From an uncultured delta proteobacterium (GTDB taxonomy: Bacteria > Desulfobacterota > RBG-13-43-22): a stretch of 64,000 nt of DNA. A program made the position numbers and the translations under genes. The notes below the pieces were generated by a model. The model did not search any database. It worked only from the letters and a program-made list of their open reading frames with translations, and was not told the DNA's origin. Location of the stretch: NCBI GenBank assembly GCA_963743305.1, contig CAVUPH010000017.1:1-64000 (forward strand). The letters run 5' to 3'. Shown here piece by piece: positions 28,438-38,937 of the stretch (positions are counted from its first letter, which is position 1; each line of letters starts with the position of its first letter).

Positions 28438-30852
28438 CTATTTTCTTATTAAAGGCAGGTAGATTGTCCCGCCTGGCAAGAAGCCCTGGACGACAAACAG
28501 CGCATTGCTGATCGAATCTTGCCGGGTGGACACGAGCGTCAGGCCGGAGACCGGCTTCTTGAAATCAAAGCTCGACGGAATTTGGAAATAACCCTGGCCG
28601 GTGTAGACGGCCCCCTGTCCCAGGACCTGGAACGTGCCATCGCCGTTCGACGTGGCGGCCGCATAGGTACCCACATCCGTGTCACCAAGGGGAGCGTTAT
28701 TCCAGAGCAGATCGGCCCGGCCATCGTGGTTAAGGTCGGCCAGGGTCAGGCGGCCCGTCCAGGCGCTGCCGAAATTCTGAACGGACCCGAGCTGGAAGGT
28801 CCCGTCGGGATTGGCGAAACCCACCACCACTTGGTTGTTGCTGGTTTTGGCGACCGATTGAGAGGAAGAAGACCAGACCAGGTCGCTGCGGCCGTCACCG
28901 TTCATGTCGCCGATCAAATCAATCTGATAGGGATAATCTGACCAGCCCGAACTGCCATACGTCTGCTTCGCACTCAAGGTGAAGCTCCCGAGCCCGTTCG
29001 ATAACGCCGTGTAGACATAGTTGGCATCGCCAACCGTGCAGGTGGGATCGATGAAATTCTTCTTCTGGCAGGTGGAGTTGAAGACCAGGTCGGTTTTGCC
29101 GTCGCCGTTAAAATCGCCGGCGAAGGCATAGAAGTCCATCCAACCGGTGGCTGGGCCCAGATCCTGACGGGCGCCGAGGGTAAAGGTCCCGGCGCCGTTG
29201 GAGGTGGCCAGGTACAAGGCGTTATTATCCCCAACCGAACAACTGCCGGATGATATATTGCAAACCGTTGTGAAGACCAGGTCGGCTTTGCCATCGCCGT
29301 TAAAATCGCCCACGCCGGGATTGAAGTTGCCCCAGGTTTCGTTTCCGAAGGTCTGCGGGGACCCCAACGTGAAACTCCCATCGCCGTTAGAGCGGGCCAC
29401 ATAGATCGTCAGATTGCCGACATCGAGACTGAGCAGCGCCAGGTCGGTTTTCCCATCGCCGTCGAAATCGCCGGCCAGAACCTTGAAAAAGGTGAAGTCT
29501 ACACTATCGGCCCCCAATTGCTGCGGCGCCACCAGGGTGTCGGTATGGCCGGGCGTACCCAGCGTTGTGCCGACCTGGAGATGTTTGGTGGCACAAACTC
29601 CAAATTGGTTGGGATTCTGGCAGGTGGAGACCAGGATCAGATCGGGCCGGCCATCGCCGTTGACGTCCCCGGTCAGGATTTGAGAAAAAGTGTTGTAACC
29701 GGACGGCGCCAGGGTTTGCCGCGGACCGAAAGCCAGCGGCCTATCCATCCCACAGCGCAGCGCCAGCAGATCAGAGATGCCGTCGCCGTTGAAGTCCCCC
29801 ACCCGCAGCGCGGGCGCGGGCGCCGGAATGAAGCCCAGGGTGACCGCCGGGCCGAGCCCGCCCGGCCAGTAGAACACCTGTAGGCCGCCATCAGCTTGGG
29901 GCAGCGCGGCCAGCACGTCGGTCTTGCCGTCACCGTCGAAGTCACCAAATTTCAGCTCCGAGTAGGGTACGGCGGTCGTGGCCAGATTGGTGTAACTGGT
30001 TGCCCCCCCACTGGAATACAACCATTGGGTTGAACCGTCGGCCTGCTGGGTAGCCGCGAAAACATCGGTCTTGCCGTCGCCGTCAAAATCGCCAAAACGC
30101 AGCAACGCCGGATCGGTGTCGGCATGGGCCAGGGAAACCAGGATACCGCTCCCGCCGGGGGAGTAGCTCCATTGGTAAGTGGCACCATTTAATGCGGCGA
30201 TGAAAACGTCCGTCTTGCCGTCGCCGTTGAAATCACCGAGCGCCAGGCGATCCGGTGGAAAGATAGTCGAATTCAGGGTGACGAAGCTGTCGGTCCCGCT
30301 GGGGGAATATAGCCACTGATAGGCATTCAACACAGTGCTAAACAGGGTGGCGAAGACATCCGTCTTGGTGTCGCCATTGAAATCACCAAATTGCAACGCC
30401 GTGGTGGTCAGGCTGCCGTCGGCAAAGGCCAGGTCCTGCCAGGCGCCGGTCCCACCGCTGGAATATTGCCATTGCCGGCTCCCATCGCCGCGCAGAAAGG
30501 TGCGGAAAACATCGGTCTTGTTGTCGCCGTCGAAATCCGTTGAGCCGGTGCTGTTTAAGTGGGTGGATTTACCTTTACACATATTGCCCAGGCTCAGGTT
30601 GATGATGGGCGTATTATCGGGATCGTTAAAGAGCGGCTGCTCCGGTTGGAGCTGACCACCGGAAATCGGGTAGTAGGTCCACTGGCAGCCGGCTGCGCCC
30701 AGGGAACGCTGCCGGGGTTCACCCAAAGTCATTGGGTTTTTGTTTCCGACTGACGGCAGAATCGGCTGTGCAGACGTTTCCGCCGCGATCAGCAGGGCCA
30801 TAATCAATCCAATCGTCAAAAACAACGGGAAACGGCTATTCTTTGTCTTCAT
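28438..30852 (-). CDS. Secreted FG-GAP/VCBS repeat protein with C-terminal IYLPLIRK tail
   Basis: Signal peptide; about 12 GD(F/V/M)(N/D)GDG(K/R)xD-type repeats. Confidence 0.85.
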   Translation of the reverse strand: MKTKNSRFPLFLTIGLIMALLIAAETSAQPILPSVGNKNPMTLGEPRQRSLGAAGCQWTYYPISGGQLQPEQPLFNDPDNTPIINLSLGNMCKGKSTHLNSTGSTDFDGDNKTDVFRTFLRGDGSRQWQYSSGGTGAWQDLAFADGSLTTTALQFGDFNGDTKTDVFATLFSTVLNAYQWLYSPSGTDSFVTLNSTIFPPDRLALGDFNGDGKTDVFIAALNGATYQWSYSPGGSGILVSLAHADTDPALLRFGDFDGDGKTDVFAATQQADGSTQWLYSSGGATSYTNLATTAVPYSELKFGDFDGDGKTDVLAALPQADGGLQVFYWPGGLGPAVTLGFIPAPAPALRVGDFNGDGISDLLALRCGMDRPLAFGPRQTLAPSGYNTFSQILTGDVNGDGRPDLILVSTCQNPNQFGVCATKHLQVGTTLGTPGHTDTLVAPQQLGADSVDFTFFKVLAGDFDGDGKTDLALLSLDVGNLTIYVARSNGDGSFTLGSPQTFGNETWGNFNPGVGDFNGDGKADLVFTTVCNISSGSCSVGDNNALYLATSNGAGTFTLGARQDLGPATGWMDFYAFAGDFNGDGKTDLVFNSTCQKKNFIDPTCTVGDANYVYTALSNGLGSFTLSAKQTYGSSGWSDYPYQIDLIGDMNGDGRSDLVWSSSSQSVAKTSNNQVVVGFANPDGTFQLGSVQNFGSAWTGRLTLADLNHDGRADLLWNNAPLGDTDVGTYAAATSNGDGTFQVLGQGAVYTGQGYFQIPSSFDFKKPVSGLTLVSTRQDSISNALFVVQGFLPGGTIYLPLIRK

Positions 30853-31232
30853 CTTCTTTCCTTCCTCTGCTTGATTCATAATCCGCGGGCCGATCAGGGC
30901 TGGAAATAATGGGTGCAAACATTTGGAAAAGACACGCAAATTGACGCACCTGGAGAGGGGTGAAGCCTTAAGCTAAACTTTCGTAAAAGTTGCAAATCTT
31001 TTTCTATAGTTTAATTATCACTTTTGATAAAAGATAGAAATAGGGTAAACAGCGTATTTTAAGAAGGGGAAAGCTGTATTTCCAATGGGTTGAATTCCGG
31101 GTGGCCTATCCATAATCAAGGCCCAAGCCGAGAAGGTTGCAGATCTGAGAAGTTAAGGGTGATATCCCCTTGAGGCGAAGTCCTGCGGAAGCTTAAATTT
31201 CCCTTGCAATAAATAAATCTGTAACCGACGGC

Positions 31233-33629
31233 TCAGTTATCGGGGGGACCTCCTGCTTCCTTTATGGCCCAGAAGACTTTTTCCGGGTCGGCCGGGAGGG
31301 AACGGACCCGCCCGCCGCAGGCATGGGCTATCGCGTTGAGAATGGCGGGTGTGGCCGGGATGTTGGGCATTTCCCCGATTCCCTTGGCCCCGTAAGGGCC
31401 GTGTTGGTTGGGCATTTCCAGGATAAGGGATTTAATTTTCGGGACGTCCAGGGAAGTGGGGATCAGGTAATTTTGTAGATTCAGGTTCTGAATGACGCCT
31501 TCCTTCAAGACGATCTCTTCCATAAGGGCGTAGCCCAGCCCCATGGCCACGCCGCCCTCAATCTGGCCTTCCACGGTCTGGGGGTTGATGGCTTGGCCAA
31601 TATCGAAGGCGGCCACATAATCCGTAACTTCCACCTCACCCGTCTCCACGTCGACCACCACTTCGGCCATATGGGTGGAATAGGTATAAACAAAATAAGG
31701 ATTCCCCTGGCCGGTTTCCGGATCCAGGGTGGCCATGGGCGGCGCCCACCAGCCTTGCCCGATCAAACGTTTGCCCCGGGACATAGCCCGGGCCGCGGCC
31801 TCCCGGAAGATCAGGGATTTCCCGGGATTTTCGCGGTCGAAAATGCGTCCTTCTTTGGCCTCCAGCCGGCCGGCCGGGATCAGCAAGAGCTCCGCTGCCG
31901 CCTCGAGGATGGATTCTTTGACCTGCCGGACCGCCAGGATAATGGCGTTGCCCATCAACGTGGTGGAGCGGCTGCCCACCGTCGGCCCGGATTCCGGGAC
32001 CAGATCCGTGTCCGGCGTCACCAGCCGAACCTGATCCACGGAAATTCCCAATTCTTCGGCGCAGATCTGAGGCAGGACGGTAGCTGACCCTTGTCCCATT
32101 TCGGTGATCCCGCTGTAGAGCAGGACCGATCCGTCTTCATGTACGTAGACATTGGCCCCGCAGCCGTCGCCGGCGGTGCCGATGCTGGTTCGATACCAGC
32201 CCAGGCCGATCCCTACGCCCCGCCGCTTCGTTTTTTCGGTGTCGATATAGCCGGCGCTCCGGAAGCGTTTTCCCCAGTCGAAGGACTGGGCGCAGGCTTC
32301 CAGGGTTTCCCGCAGACCGACGCTCTGGTCCAGCACCTGCCCGGTAGCCGTGGCGGAGCCTAGTTTGAGGGCATTTTTTCGGCGGACATCTAAAGGGTCC
32401 AGCCCCAATTCCAGGGCTAATTCATCGATGATCTGTTCATGGGCAATATGGACCTGGGGGGCGCCAAATCCCCGCATGGCCCCGCCATAAGGATGATTGG
32501 TAAAGGCCAGATAGGCATCTACTTTTACGTGGGGTATCTCATAAGGCCCGGGCATCATGATCATGGAATGGATGTGGGACCCTCCGGCCGGAGGAATCAC
32601 CGGACCCAGACTGGCATAAGCCCCCTGTTCGTCATAGATGACCCCTTCAAAGGCCGTCAGGGTCCCGTCTCTCTTGGCCCCGAGCTTGATTTCCATAATC
32701 ATGGGGTGGCGTTTGCAGGTCTGGAGGGTGATTTCCTCCCGCTCCAGGGCCAGCCGCACCGGCCGTCCGGTATGCCGGGCCAGAACCGCCGCCCGGCAGC
32801 CGATATCGATGGGGGAATCCTCCTTCCCTCCGAACCCCCCGCCCAGGGGCGTCTGGCGAGCGCGGACCCGGTTGACGGGCACACCCAGGACAGCGGCCAC
32901 ATTGCGGCGGGTCGTAAAGGGGGCCTGCATGGGTCCTTCGACCAGCAAGGTGCCGTCCGCCTGGGGGACGGCCATAGTCACATCCGGTTCCAGGTAGGCG
33001 TGCTCCAGGAAAGGCACCTGATAGGTGCGTTGAATGACCACCTCGGCTTCGGAGAACCCGGTCTCCAGATCTCCTTTCCGGAGCTTGTTGTAGGAGAGTT
33101 GGTTGCCGCTCTCATGAATCCGGGGGGCACCTTCCTTCAAGGCCTCCCGGGGATCAAAAACGGCCGGCAGGAGTTCATATTCCACTTCGATGAGCTCCAG
33201 GGCCTTTTGGGCGATCATTTCGGTTTCAGCGGCCACCAGGGCGACCGCGTCGCCCACATAGCGGACCTTATCTCCGCAGATCACCGGCTGATCGGGAATG
33301 ATGGCTCCAAACCCGTTTCGGCCGGGCACGTCCCCGGCGGTCAGGACCGCCGCCACGCCCGGGAGCTGTTTCGCCCGTTCCACCTTAATCGATTTGATCA
33401 GCGCGTGGGGGTGAGGGCTCCGCAGTATCTTCCCATGCAGAAAACCCCGTTGGTCAAAATCTCCTCCATAAGCCAGCTTCCCCGTGACTTTCAAGGGGGC
33501 CTCGGTGCGGGGCAGCGACCGTCCGGCCACGGCCAGCTCCTTTTTGGGAGTTTGGAGCAGCTTCTGAAAATCGAACGCTTCCCTGGTTAAAACCCGGACT
33601 TGCGGTTGGTCTTCTTCTTTGGCGCCCAT
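31233..33629 (-). CDS. Xanthine dehydrogenase family molybdopterin-binding subunit
   Basis: GGGFGGK, AMRGFGAPQ, EMGQG, GQIEGG, GAKGIGE. Confidence 0.92.
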   Translation of the reverse strand: MGAKEEDQPQVRVLTREAFDFQKLLQTPKKELAVAGRSLPRTEAPLKVTGKLAYGGDFDQRGFLHGKILRSPHPHALIKSIKVERAKQLPGVAAVLTAGDVPGRNGFGAIIPDQPVICGDKVRYVGDAVALVAAETEMIAQKALELIEVEYELLPAVFDPREALKEGAPRIHESGNQLSYNKLRKGDLETGFSEAEVVIQRTYQVPFLEHAYLEPDVTMAVPQADGTLLVEGPMQAPFTTRRNVAAVLGVPVNRVRARQTPLGGGFGGKEDSPIDIGCRAAVLARHTGRPVRLALEREEITLQTCKRHPMIMEIKLGAKRDGTLTAFEGVIYDEQGAYASLGPVIPPAGGSHIHSMIMMPGPYEIPHVKVDAYLAFTNHPYGGAMRGFGAPQVHIAHEQIIDELALELGLDPLDVRRKNALKLGSATATGQVLDQSVGLRETLEACAQSFDWGKRFRSAGYIDTEKTKRRGVGIGLGWYRTSIGTAGDGCGANVYVHEDGSVLLYSGITEMGQGSATVLPQICAEELGISVDQVRLVTPDTDLVPESGPTVGSRSTTLMGNAIILAVRQVKESILEAAAELLLIPAGRLEAKEGRIFDRENPGKSLIFREAAARAMSRGKRLIGQGWWAPPMATLDPETGQGNPYFVYTYSTHMAEVVVDVETGEVEVTDYVAAFDIGQAINPQTVEGQIEGGVAMGLGYALMEEIVLKEGVIQNLNLQNYLIPTSLDVPKIKSLILEMPNQHGPYGAKGIGEMPNIPATPAILNAIAHACGGRVRSLPADPEKVFWAIKEAGGPPDN

Positions 33630-33644
33630 ACCTTACTCCTCGCT

Positions 33645-34118
33645 TTATTTCCTGACATCCGCCGCCGTGTGGATCGCCTGGACGATCTTGTGGTAGCCGG
33701 TGCAGCGGCAGAGTACCCCGGAGATGGCTTTTCTAATTTCCGTATCATCGGGCCGGGGACTCCTGTCCAACAAGGCCTTGGCGTTCAAAATCATACCGGG
33801 GGTGCAAAAACCGCACTGGACCGCCCCCTGATCGATAAACGCCTGCTGCAGGGGATCCAGCGCCCCGTTTTCGTCGCTGAGACCTTCGATGGTGACTACC
33901 GATCTTCCGCCGACTTTCAGCGCCGGCAAAATGCAGGAATTCACCGGGGCCTTGTCCAGCAGCACCGTGCAGGCCCCGCATTCTCCTTCCCGGCAGCCGA
34001 TCTTGGTCCCCTTGAGGCCCAGTATCTCCCGGAGCAGATCCACCAGCAGGGTTTCCGGGGGCACCTTAACAGCGACTTCCCGGCCGTTTAATTGGAACAC
34101 CAGATCAATTTTCTTCAT
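33645..34118 (-). CDS. XDH family 2Fe-2S subunit
   Basis: GC.EGECGAC, QCGFCTPG, CRCTGY. Confidence 0.93.
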   Translation of the reverse strand: MKKIDLVFQLNGREVAVKVPPETLLVDLLREILGLKGTKIGCREGECGACTVLLDKAPVNSCILPALKVGGRSVVTIEGLSDENGALDPLQQAFIDQGAVQCGFCTPGMILNAKALLDRSPRPDDTEIRKAISGVLCRCTGYHKIVQAIHTAADVRK

Positions 34119-34130
34119 CGTCTTCGCCCC

Positions 34131-35054
34131 TCAATCTACTGAAAAACCGGCCTGTTCCAAGGCCTTTTGTACGGATCTCCGGATAAAAACCGGAATCATC
34201 TCCTGCCGGTAATTGCAGGAACCACGCAGCAGGCTGTCCCGAGGAAGGCATTCCCGGACGGCCAATCCTGCGGCCTTTTGGATGGCCTCCCGGCTCAGGG
34301 GAGCCCCCTGCAGTGCGGCCTCGCTTTCCCTGGCCCGAAAAGGGGTGGGGGCCACCGGTCCCAAGGCGATGGCGGCTTTCTTAAATACCCTGGCGTTCGA
34401 ATCCACGGTGACAACTGCCGCGACCACCAGGACCGGGAGGGTGAGCGCCCGACGCTTGCTTAAACGCAGGGTACACCCGCCCTGGTCCGGCAGCAGCTCC
34501 TGAAAACGGATGTGGGATAGCACTTCCCGGCTGGGGTCCAACACGGTTTCCCCGAGGGAAACAAAAAACTCGGTTAGGGGAACCACCCGTTCTCCTCTTT
34601 TCGAGGCAATGGTTACCGAGGCCTCCAAAGCCAGCAGCGGAATACTGGTATCCGCGGCCGGCCGACCGCTCACCAAATTACCGGCCAGGGTGGCGATGTT
34701 TCTAATTTGAGGAGACCCCACGGCCGCCGCCCCATCGGCCAGCAGGCCCGCCTTTTCCCGGATCAAAGGAGAACAGGCCACTTGGCCATGGGTGACCAGG
34801 CCTCCCAAGATAATGTGCCGGCCGTCCTTTTGGATGGCTTTCAACCCGGGAAGGCGGCTGATATCCACCAGGGTCTTGACCTGCAAGTCCCGGCGCCGCA
34901 ACTCCGGGATCATATCGGTCCCGCCGGCTATGACCCGGGCCTTTCCCTTATAGTGGTCCAGCATATCCAGCGCTTCGGCTAAGGAACCGGGAAAGAGGTA
35001 TTCCTTAACCGGGATGTCCCGGCGCCAGTGTAATTCTTTAAAAGCAGGTTCCAT
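34131..35054 (-). CDS. XDH family FAD-binding subunit
   Basis: IAGGTD, GSPQIRN.ATLAGN. Confidence 0.92.
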   Translation of the reverse strand: MEPAFKELHWRRDIPVKEYLFPGSLAEALDMLDHYKGKARVIAGGTDMIPELRRRDLQVKTLVDISRLPGLKAIQKDGRHIILGGLVTHGQVACSPLIREKAGLLADGAAAVGSPQIRNIATLAGNLVSGRPAADTSIPLLALEASVTIASKRGERVVPLTEFFVSLGETVLDPSREVLSHIRFQELLPDQGGCTLRLSKRRALTLPVLVVAAVVTVDSNARVFKKAAIALGPVAPTPFRARESEAALQGAPLSREAIQKAAGLAVRECLPRDSLLRGSCNYRQEMIPVFIRRSVQKALEQAGFSVD

Positions 35055-35103
35055 AAGCCGCCTCGTAAAAAATTGGGTTTAATTATTGGCCGTTTCGTCC
35101 CTC

Positions 35104-35272
35104 TTAGAACCCGTCAAGAAATAAGCTGTACAATACCGCTACTATCTCCGTTCATGCTGAGCCTGTCGAAGCATTGCCGTATCGTTCACCCTTCGACTGC
35201 TCGACAGGCTCGCAGTTCAGGGCGAACGGTTGTAGGGCCATTTGTCAACGTTATTTGTTTACAGATCCTTAG
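35104..35272. mobile_element. MITE-like element bounded by TTA, carrying a CTGAGCCTGTCGAAG REP-like hairpin
   Basis: TTA-GAACCCGTCAAGAAATAA .. TTATTTGTTTACAGATCC-TTA imperfect terminal IR; internal CCGTTC..GAACGG stem. Confidence 0.6.
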
Positions 35273-35331
35273 GGTGGGTATCTCCAGGTCTGGTATGGCC
35301 CCAGGGATCCGGCGCCCATGAAAGCCCGATT

Positions 35332-36000
35332 TCAGACCTTCGTGCTTGTTTCGGCTCTCTCAATCAATCGGCGCATTCTCTGGTTATGTCGGGTCATAAC
35401 CTCTTTGGCTTCCACAGCGTCTCGAACTTTAAAGGCCTGCACCAGGTTTTGATGATCCTGATAAAGCTCTCCCAGAATGGAGGTGATATCGCAGACCAGG
35501 GGACGGGACCGGCCTTTGATCTGTTCCAACTGTTCTTTCAGCAGCCGATTGCCGCAGGAATCGTAGATGAGCTGGTGGAAGTTGAAATCCGAAATGGAAT
35601 AGCGCAACAAATCTTTCTTTTTGACGATGGCCGACTGTTCGGCCAGGATTTTCCTCAACCCGGCTAAGGCTTCGGCGCTGATGTTTTCCGCCGCCAGACC
35701 GGCAGCCAGCCCTTCCAAAACCTCCCGAACCTGGTACAGGTCCCGGGCCATTTCCAAAGTCATCTCGGCCATCCGAATCCCGCGATTGGGGAGGTGGGTA
35801 ACCAGCCCTTCGGCCTCCAATTGCTTCATGGCCTGTCGGATGGGGGTTCGGCTCACCCCCAGTTCCTTGGTCAATTCCTCGACATTGATCCAAATGCCGG
35901 AAGAAAACCGCCGGGCGGCGATCATTTCCCGCAAGGCCCGGTAGGCTTGCTCTTTTAAGGTCAGTCGATGCAAGGTAGTAACTGGCAGGATCCGCTCCAA
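35332..36000 (-). CDS. GntR family regulator (FCD)
   Basis: LGVSRTPIRQA, DFNFH, DH. Confidence 0.9.
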   Translation of the reverse strand: MERILPVTTLHRLTLKEQAYRALREMIAARRFSSGIWINVEELTKELGVSRTPIRQAMKQLEAEGLVTHLPNRGIRMAEMTLEMARDLYQVREVLEGLAAGLAAENISAEALAGLRKILAEQSAIVKKKDLLRYSISDFNFHQLIYDSCGNRLLKEQLEQIKGRSRPLVCDITSILGELYQDHQNLVQAFKVRDAVEAKEVMTRHNQRMRRLIERAETSTKV

Positions 36001-36063
36001 ATCTTTGGCTATTTTTCATCTGCGTTTTTAGGGTAGGCGGGCGATAATCGAAAGTCAATAACA

Positions 36064-36082
36064 ATTTTACAATTTGTAAAAT
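36064..36082. promoter_or_regulatory. Candidate operator upstream of gntR-xdh operon
   Basis: ATTTTACA-ATT-TGTAAAAT inverted repeat. Confidence 0.55.
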
Positions 36083-36228
36083 ATTTATACGATTTTCTAA
36101 GGTCCACGAAGGCCAGTCGGTCTGGGCCTCCTTCCAGCGATGAAATGAAAGACTTGTCCGAAACCTACACCGAGTTCATAATAAGTAAGACGCTCTGGAG
36201 GGCGCAGCTTAAATCGAAAGGAGATTCC

Positions 36229-36744
36229 TTGGACCCGACCTTTCTGCTCTTCCTGGCCCTGGCCGCTCTTATTATTATTTTGTTCCTTTTACTCGGTCTG
36301 TTTCTGCTGCCCCGGCTGATGAAGGGCCTGAGCGGCCGGGGAGGGGGCTGGTCCAGCCTGGCCGAGGCCTTCCCGGCCCTTGCTTCCCCCGAGGGTACCT
36401 TGTCCGTGAGGCAAACCATCCAGGTGGGTCGGGTGGTCTACAAAAGATGCGCCACGGTGGGGATCACCCCTCAGGGGCTTTATCTGGAAGTGAGAATTCC
36501 TTTTTTCTCCCGGCTTAAACCGCTGCTCATCCCCTGGGAAAAAATCAACGGGTTGAGGGAAGGAAACCTGCACTGGAAAAAGACGGTCATTTTTTCCCTA
36601 GGGGACCCGGAAATCGGAACGGTCGCTCTTTCTGGATCTGTTTGCGCAGACCCGCCCTTTTCTGGACCCAAAGCGCTTTTCCCCCTCAACCTGATCCGGG
36701 ATAGAGGGCAAGCCATCCGCCTAGCGGGAATCCGGGCCGGGTAA
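36229..36744 (+). CDS. Hypothetical membrane-anchored protein (3' end uncertain)
   Basis: AAGGAG RBS then TTG; N-terminal TM, GW..LA..F, GLYL, PLLIPW. Confidence 0.6.
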   Translation: MDPTFLLFLALAALIIILFLLLGLFLLPRLMKGLSGRGGGWSSLAEAFPALASPEGTLSVRQTIQVGRVVYKRCATVGITPQGLYLEVRIPFFSRLKPLLIPWEKINGLREGNLHWKKTVIFSLGDPEIGTVALSGSVCADPPFSGPKALFPLNLIRDRGQAIRLAGIRAG

Positions 36745-36809
36745 AATTCTTGAAAGGGTATGCCCCTCCCGCAAAGGCGAAAGCCTTCTTTCAACCAGCC
36801 GGCATGACC

Positions 36810-36832
36810 AGCACCTTGGCCCCCCGGATCTT
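36810..36832. repeat. 23-bp direct repeat of the adh 3' end, copy 1
   Basis: AGCACCTTGGCCCCCCGGATCTT identical to 38951-38973. Confidence 0.85.
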
Positions 36833-36934
36833 CCAGCAGCCATGGCCCCCGCCCGGGAACGGAAGTACACTGCCAGAATCATCGATCTTCCTAGCATTTT
36901 GCCTGACTTTGACGAAATTCAATCCAAGCGAGGT

Positions 36935-36961
36935 TAAAGTTTCCGGAGCAGGTTCCGATAG
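36935..36961 (+). promoter_or_regulatory. sigma28 (FliA)-type promoter for MCP
   Basis: TAAAGTTT-11 bp-TCCGATAG vs consensus TAAAGTTT-N11-GCCGATAA. Confidence 0.7.
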
Positions 36962-37176
36962 ACAAAATGTAGTCGGGCTGAGAAGGGGGTCATCTTTCCC
37001 GCCTATTTTTTTGGGGGCCGTTTTGTTAACCAACCCAGGTGCCCCCCTTAATCTCCATTTACTACGACAAGGTCTTTAATGTCGGGGTCTTTAAGGTAGT
37101 CAAAGAATAGTCCCCAAAGAATTTTCCCGGGAGGTCCCTCTCCTGGGTTTTCAATCAGCAAGGAGGATTAACCGTT

Positions 37177-38850
37177 ATGTTTAAATCGATTGGAGCGAGG
37201 CTGCTGGCCATTGTCAGCCTGGCCTTTCTGGCCACGGTGGTGGTGGTGATCGTATTGGCCAGCCTATTGACCGGCCGGATTTCCCGGGAAGTAAACACCA
37301 TAGTGGATCAGCAACAGGCCGAGGTTTTTAAAGAAAAACTGCTAGGGATAGCCGGAAGACTTTCCAGCGCCGATTCCGGGTTGAAGAGCACTCTTAAATC
37401 GGTCGGATCGGAAGGCACGGATTCGGCCAAAACCTATTTAGACGAGGCCCAAAAGACCGTCCTGGATTCCCTGCAAAAAGAAAATTATGCCGGGCGGAAG
37501 TTTGGGGCTGCGGATCCTTATTTTTTCATCGTGGATGCCAATGCCGTGGTGGTGCTCCATCCGAATTTATCCAAAGGAGACACTTCATTAACCGGCCTCG
37601 ATTTTGCCAAGAAGATGGTCCAGATGAAAGAGGGGTCCTTTGATTATGAATACAAGAATCAGAAAAAATGGATGTATGTAAAACAATTTGATCCCTGGAA
37701 CTGGACCGTCGGTTTCGCTTTCCCTGAAATCGCCAAACAGGCCACTATCCAAAAGGTGGATGGCCTGCTCGCGGGTCTTCGAAATAGTATCGTGTTGATC
37801 ATTGTCCTTTTGGCCTGTTCGGTCATCGCCGTGCTCGCCTTCTTCATCTCCCGCTATATCACCCGGCCGATCAACCGGGTGGTGGGCGGTTTAACCCAGG
37901 GAGCCGATCAAGTGGCCTCTTCCTCAGGTCAGATATCGGTTTCCAGCTTGTCCCTGGCCGACGGTGCTTCTCAGCAGGCTGCCGGTTTGGAGGAAACCTC
38001 CTCTTCTATGGAAGAGATGTCTTCCATGACCCGGCAGAATGCCAACAACGCCAACCAGGCCAAGGCCATGATGACCGAGGCCTCGAAAATCGTGGAGGAA
38101 GTCAACCAGATGATGAACCTGATGACGGGTTCTATCACCGAGATCACCCGTTCCAGCGAGGAAACCGGCAAGATCATCAAGACCATCGATGAGATTGCCT
38201 TCCAAACCAACCTCCTGGCTTTGAATGCGGCGGTGGAAGCGGCGCGGGCCGGCGAGGCCGGGGCCGGGTTTGCCGTGGTGGCCGACGAAGTGCGCAATCT
38301 GGCCCTCCGGGCCGCCGGAGCGGCAAAAAACACCAGCGATCTAATTGAAAAGACTATCAAGGCCGTCAAAAACGGAAATGAGTTGACCCAAAATACCCGG
38401 GAGGCCTTTGGCCGCAACCTGGAAATTTTCCAAAAAATCAGCGGTCTCATCGAGGAAATCGCCGCGGCTTCAGAAGAACAAGCCCAGGGCATCGGTCAGG
38501 TATCCAAATCGGTAGTGGAAATGGATCGGGTCGTCCAGCAGAATGCGGCCAATGCCGAGGAATCAGCTTCCGCTTCGGAAGAGCTGAACTCTCAGGCGGA
38601 CCGAATGAAGGATTTTGTGGAAGAACTGCGGGCGGTGATCGGGGGTCAGGGGAAGGGATCTGGCAACGGACATGGTCTGAAAGGGCTCCCGCGACCCCTT
38701 CCCCGGGAGTCCTCTCCAGGGAAGGCCGTAAAGTCCCCTTCACACTTTAAAGTCAAGCATTCCAACCCTAATATCGCTCTGCCCGGTGGAAAGGAAATCT
38801 CCCCGGAATCGGTTATCCCTATGAATCAGGAAGATTTTAAGGAATTTTAA
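37177..38850 (+). CDS. Methyl-accepting chemotaxis protein with Cache sensor
   Basis: Two TMs, YFFIVD..HP Cache motif, [23 protein letters not shown]. Confidence 0.95.
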   Translation: MFKSIGARLLAIVSLAFLATVVVVIVLASLLTGRISREVNTIVDQQQAEVFKEKLLGIAGRLSSADSGLKSTLKSVGSEGTDSAKTYLDEAQKTVLDSLQKENYAGRKFGAADPYFFIVDANAVVVLHPNLSKGDTSLTGLDFAKKMVQMKEGSFDYEYKNQKKWMYVKQFDPWNWTVGFAFPEIAKQATIQKVDGLLAGLRNSIVLIIVLLACSVIAVLAFFISRYITRPINRVVGGLTQGADQVASSSGQISVSSLSLADGASQQAAGLEETSSSMEEMSSMTRQNANNANQAKAMMTEASKIVEEVNQMMNLMTGSITEITRSSEETGKIIKTIDEIAFQTNLLALNAAVEAARAGEAGAGFAVVADEVRNLALRAAGAAKNTSDLIEKTIKAVKNGNELTQNTREAFGRNLEIFQKISGLIEEIAAASEEQAQGIGQVSKSVVEMDRVVQQNAANAEESASASEELNSQADRMKDFVEELRAVIGGQGKGSGNGHGLKGLPRPLPRESSPGKAVKSPSHFKVKHSNPNIALPGGKEISPESVIPMNQEDFKEF

Positions 38851-38937
38851 CCGGGATACAACCCAAGGTGCGGGGGAGGGCCTGCTCTCCCCCCGCTGAA
38901 ATTGGATGGCGAAATTTTATTTCCTCCTGTGTAAAGC

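Noticed and set aside
28438-30852. Recurring GCCGTCGCCGTT-like DNA repeats as a CRISPR or DGR signal
   Set aside because: Explained by protein FG-GAP repeats; degenerate at third positions; no cas or reverse transcriptase gene
19295-33590. Long plus-strand ORFs (19295-20389, 24160-25488, 32439-33590)
   Set aside because: GC-rich antisense shadows of well-supported minus-strand genes
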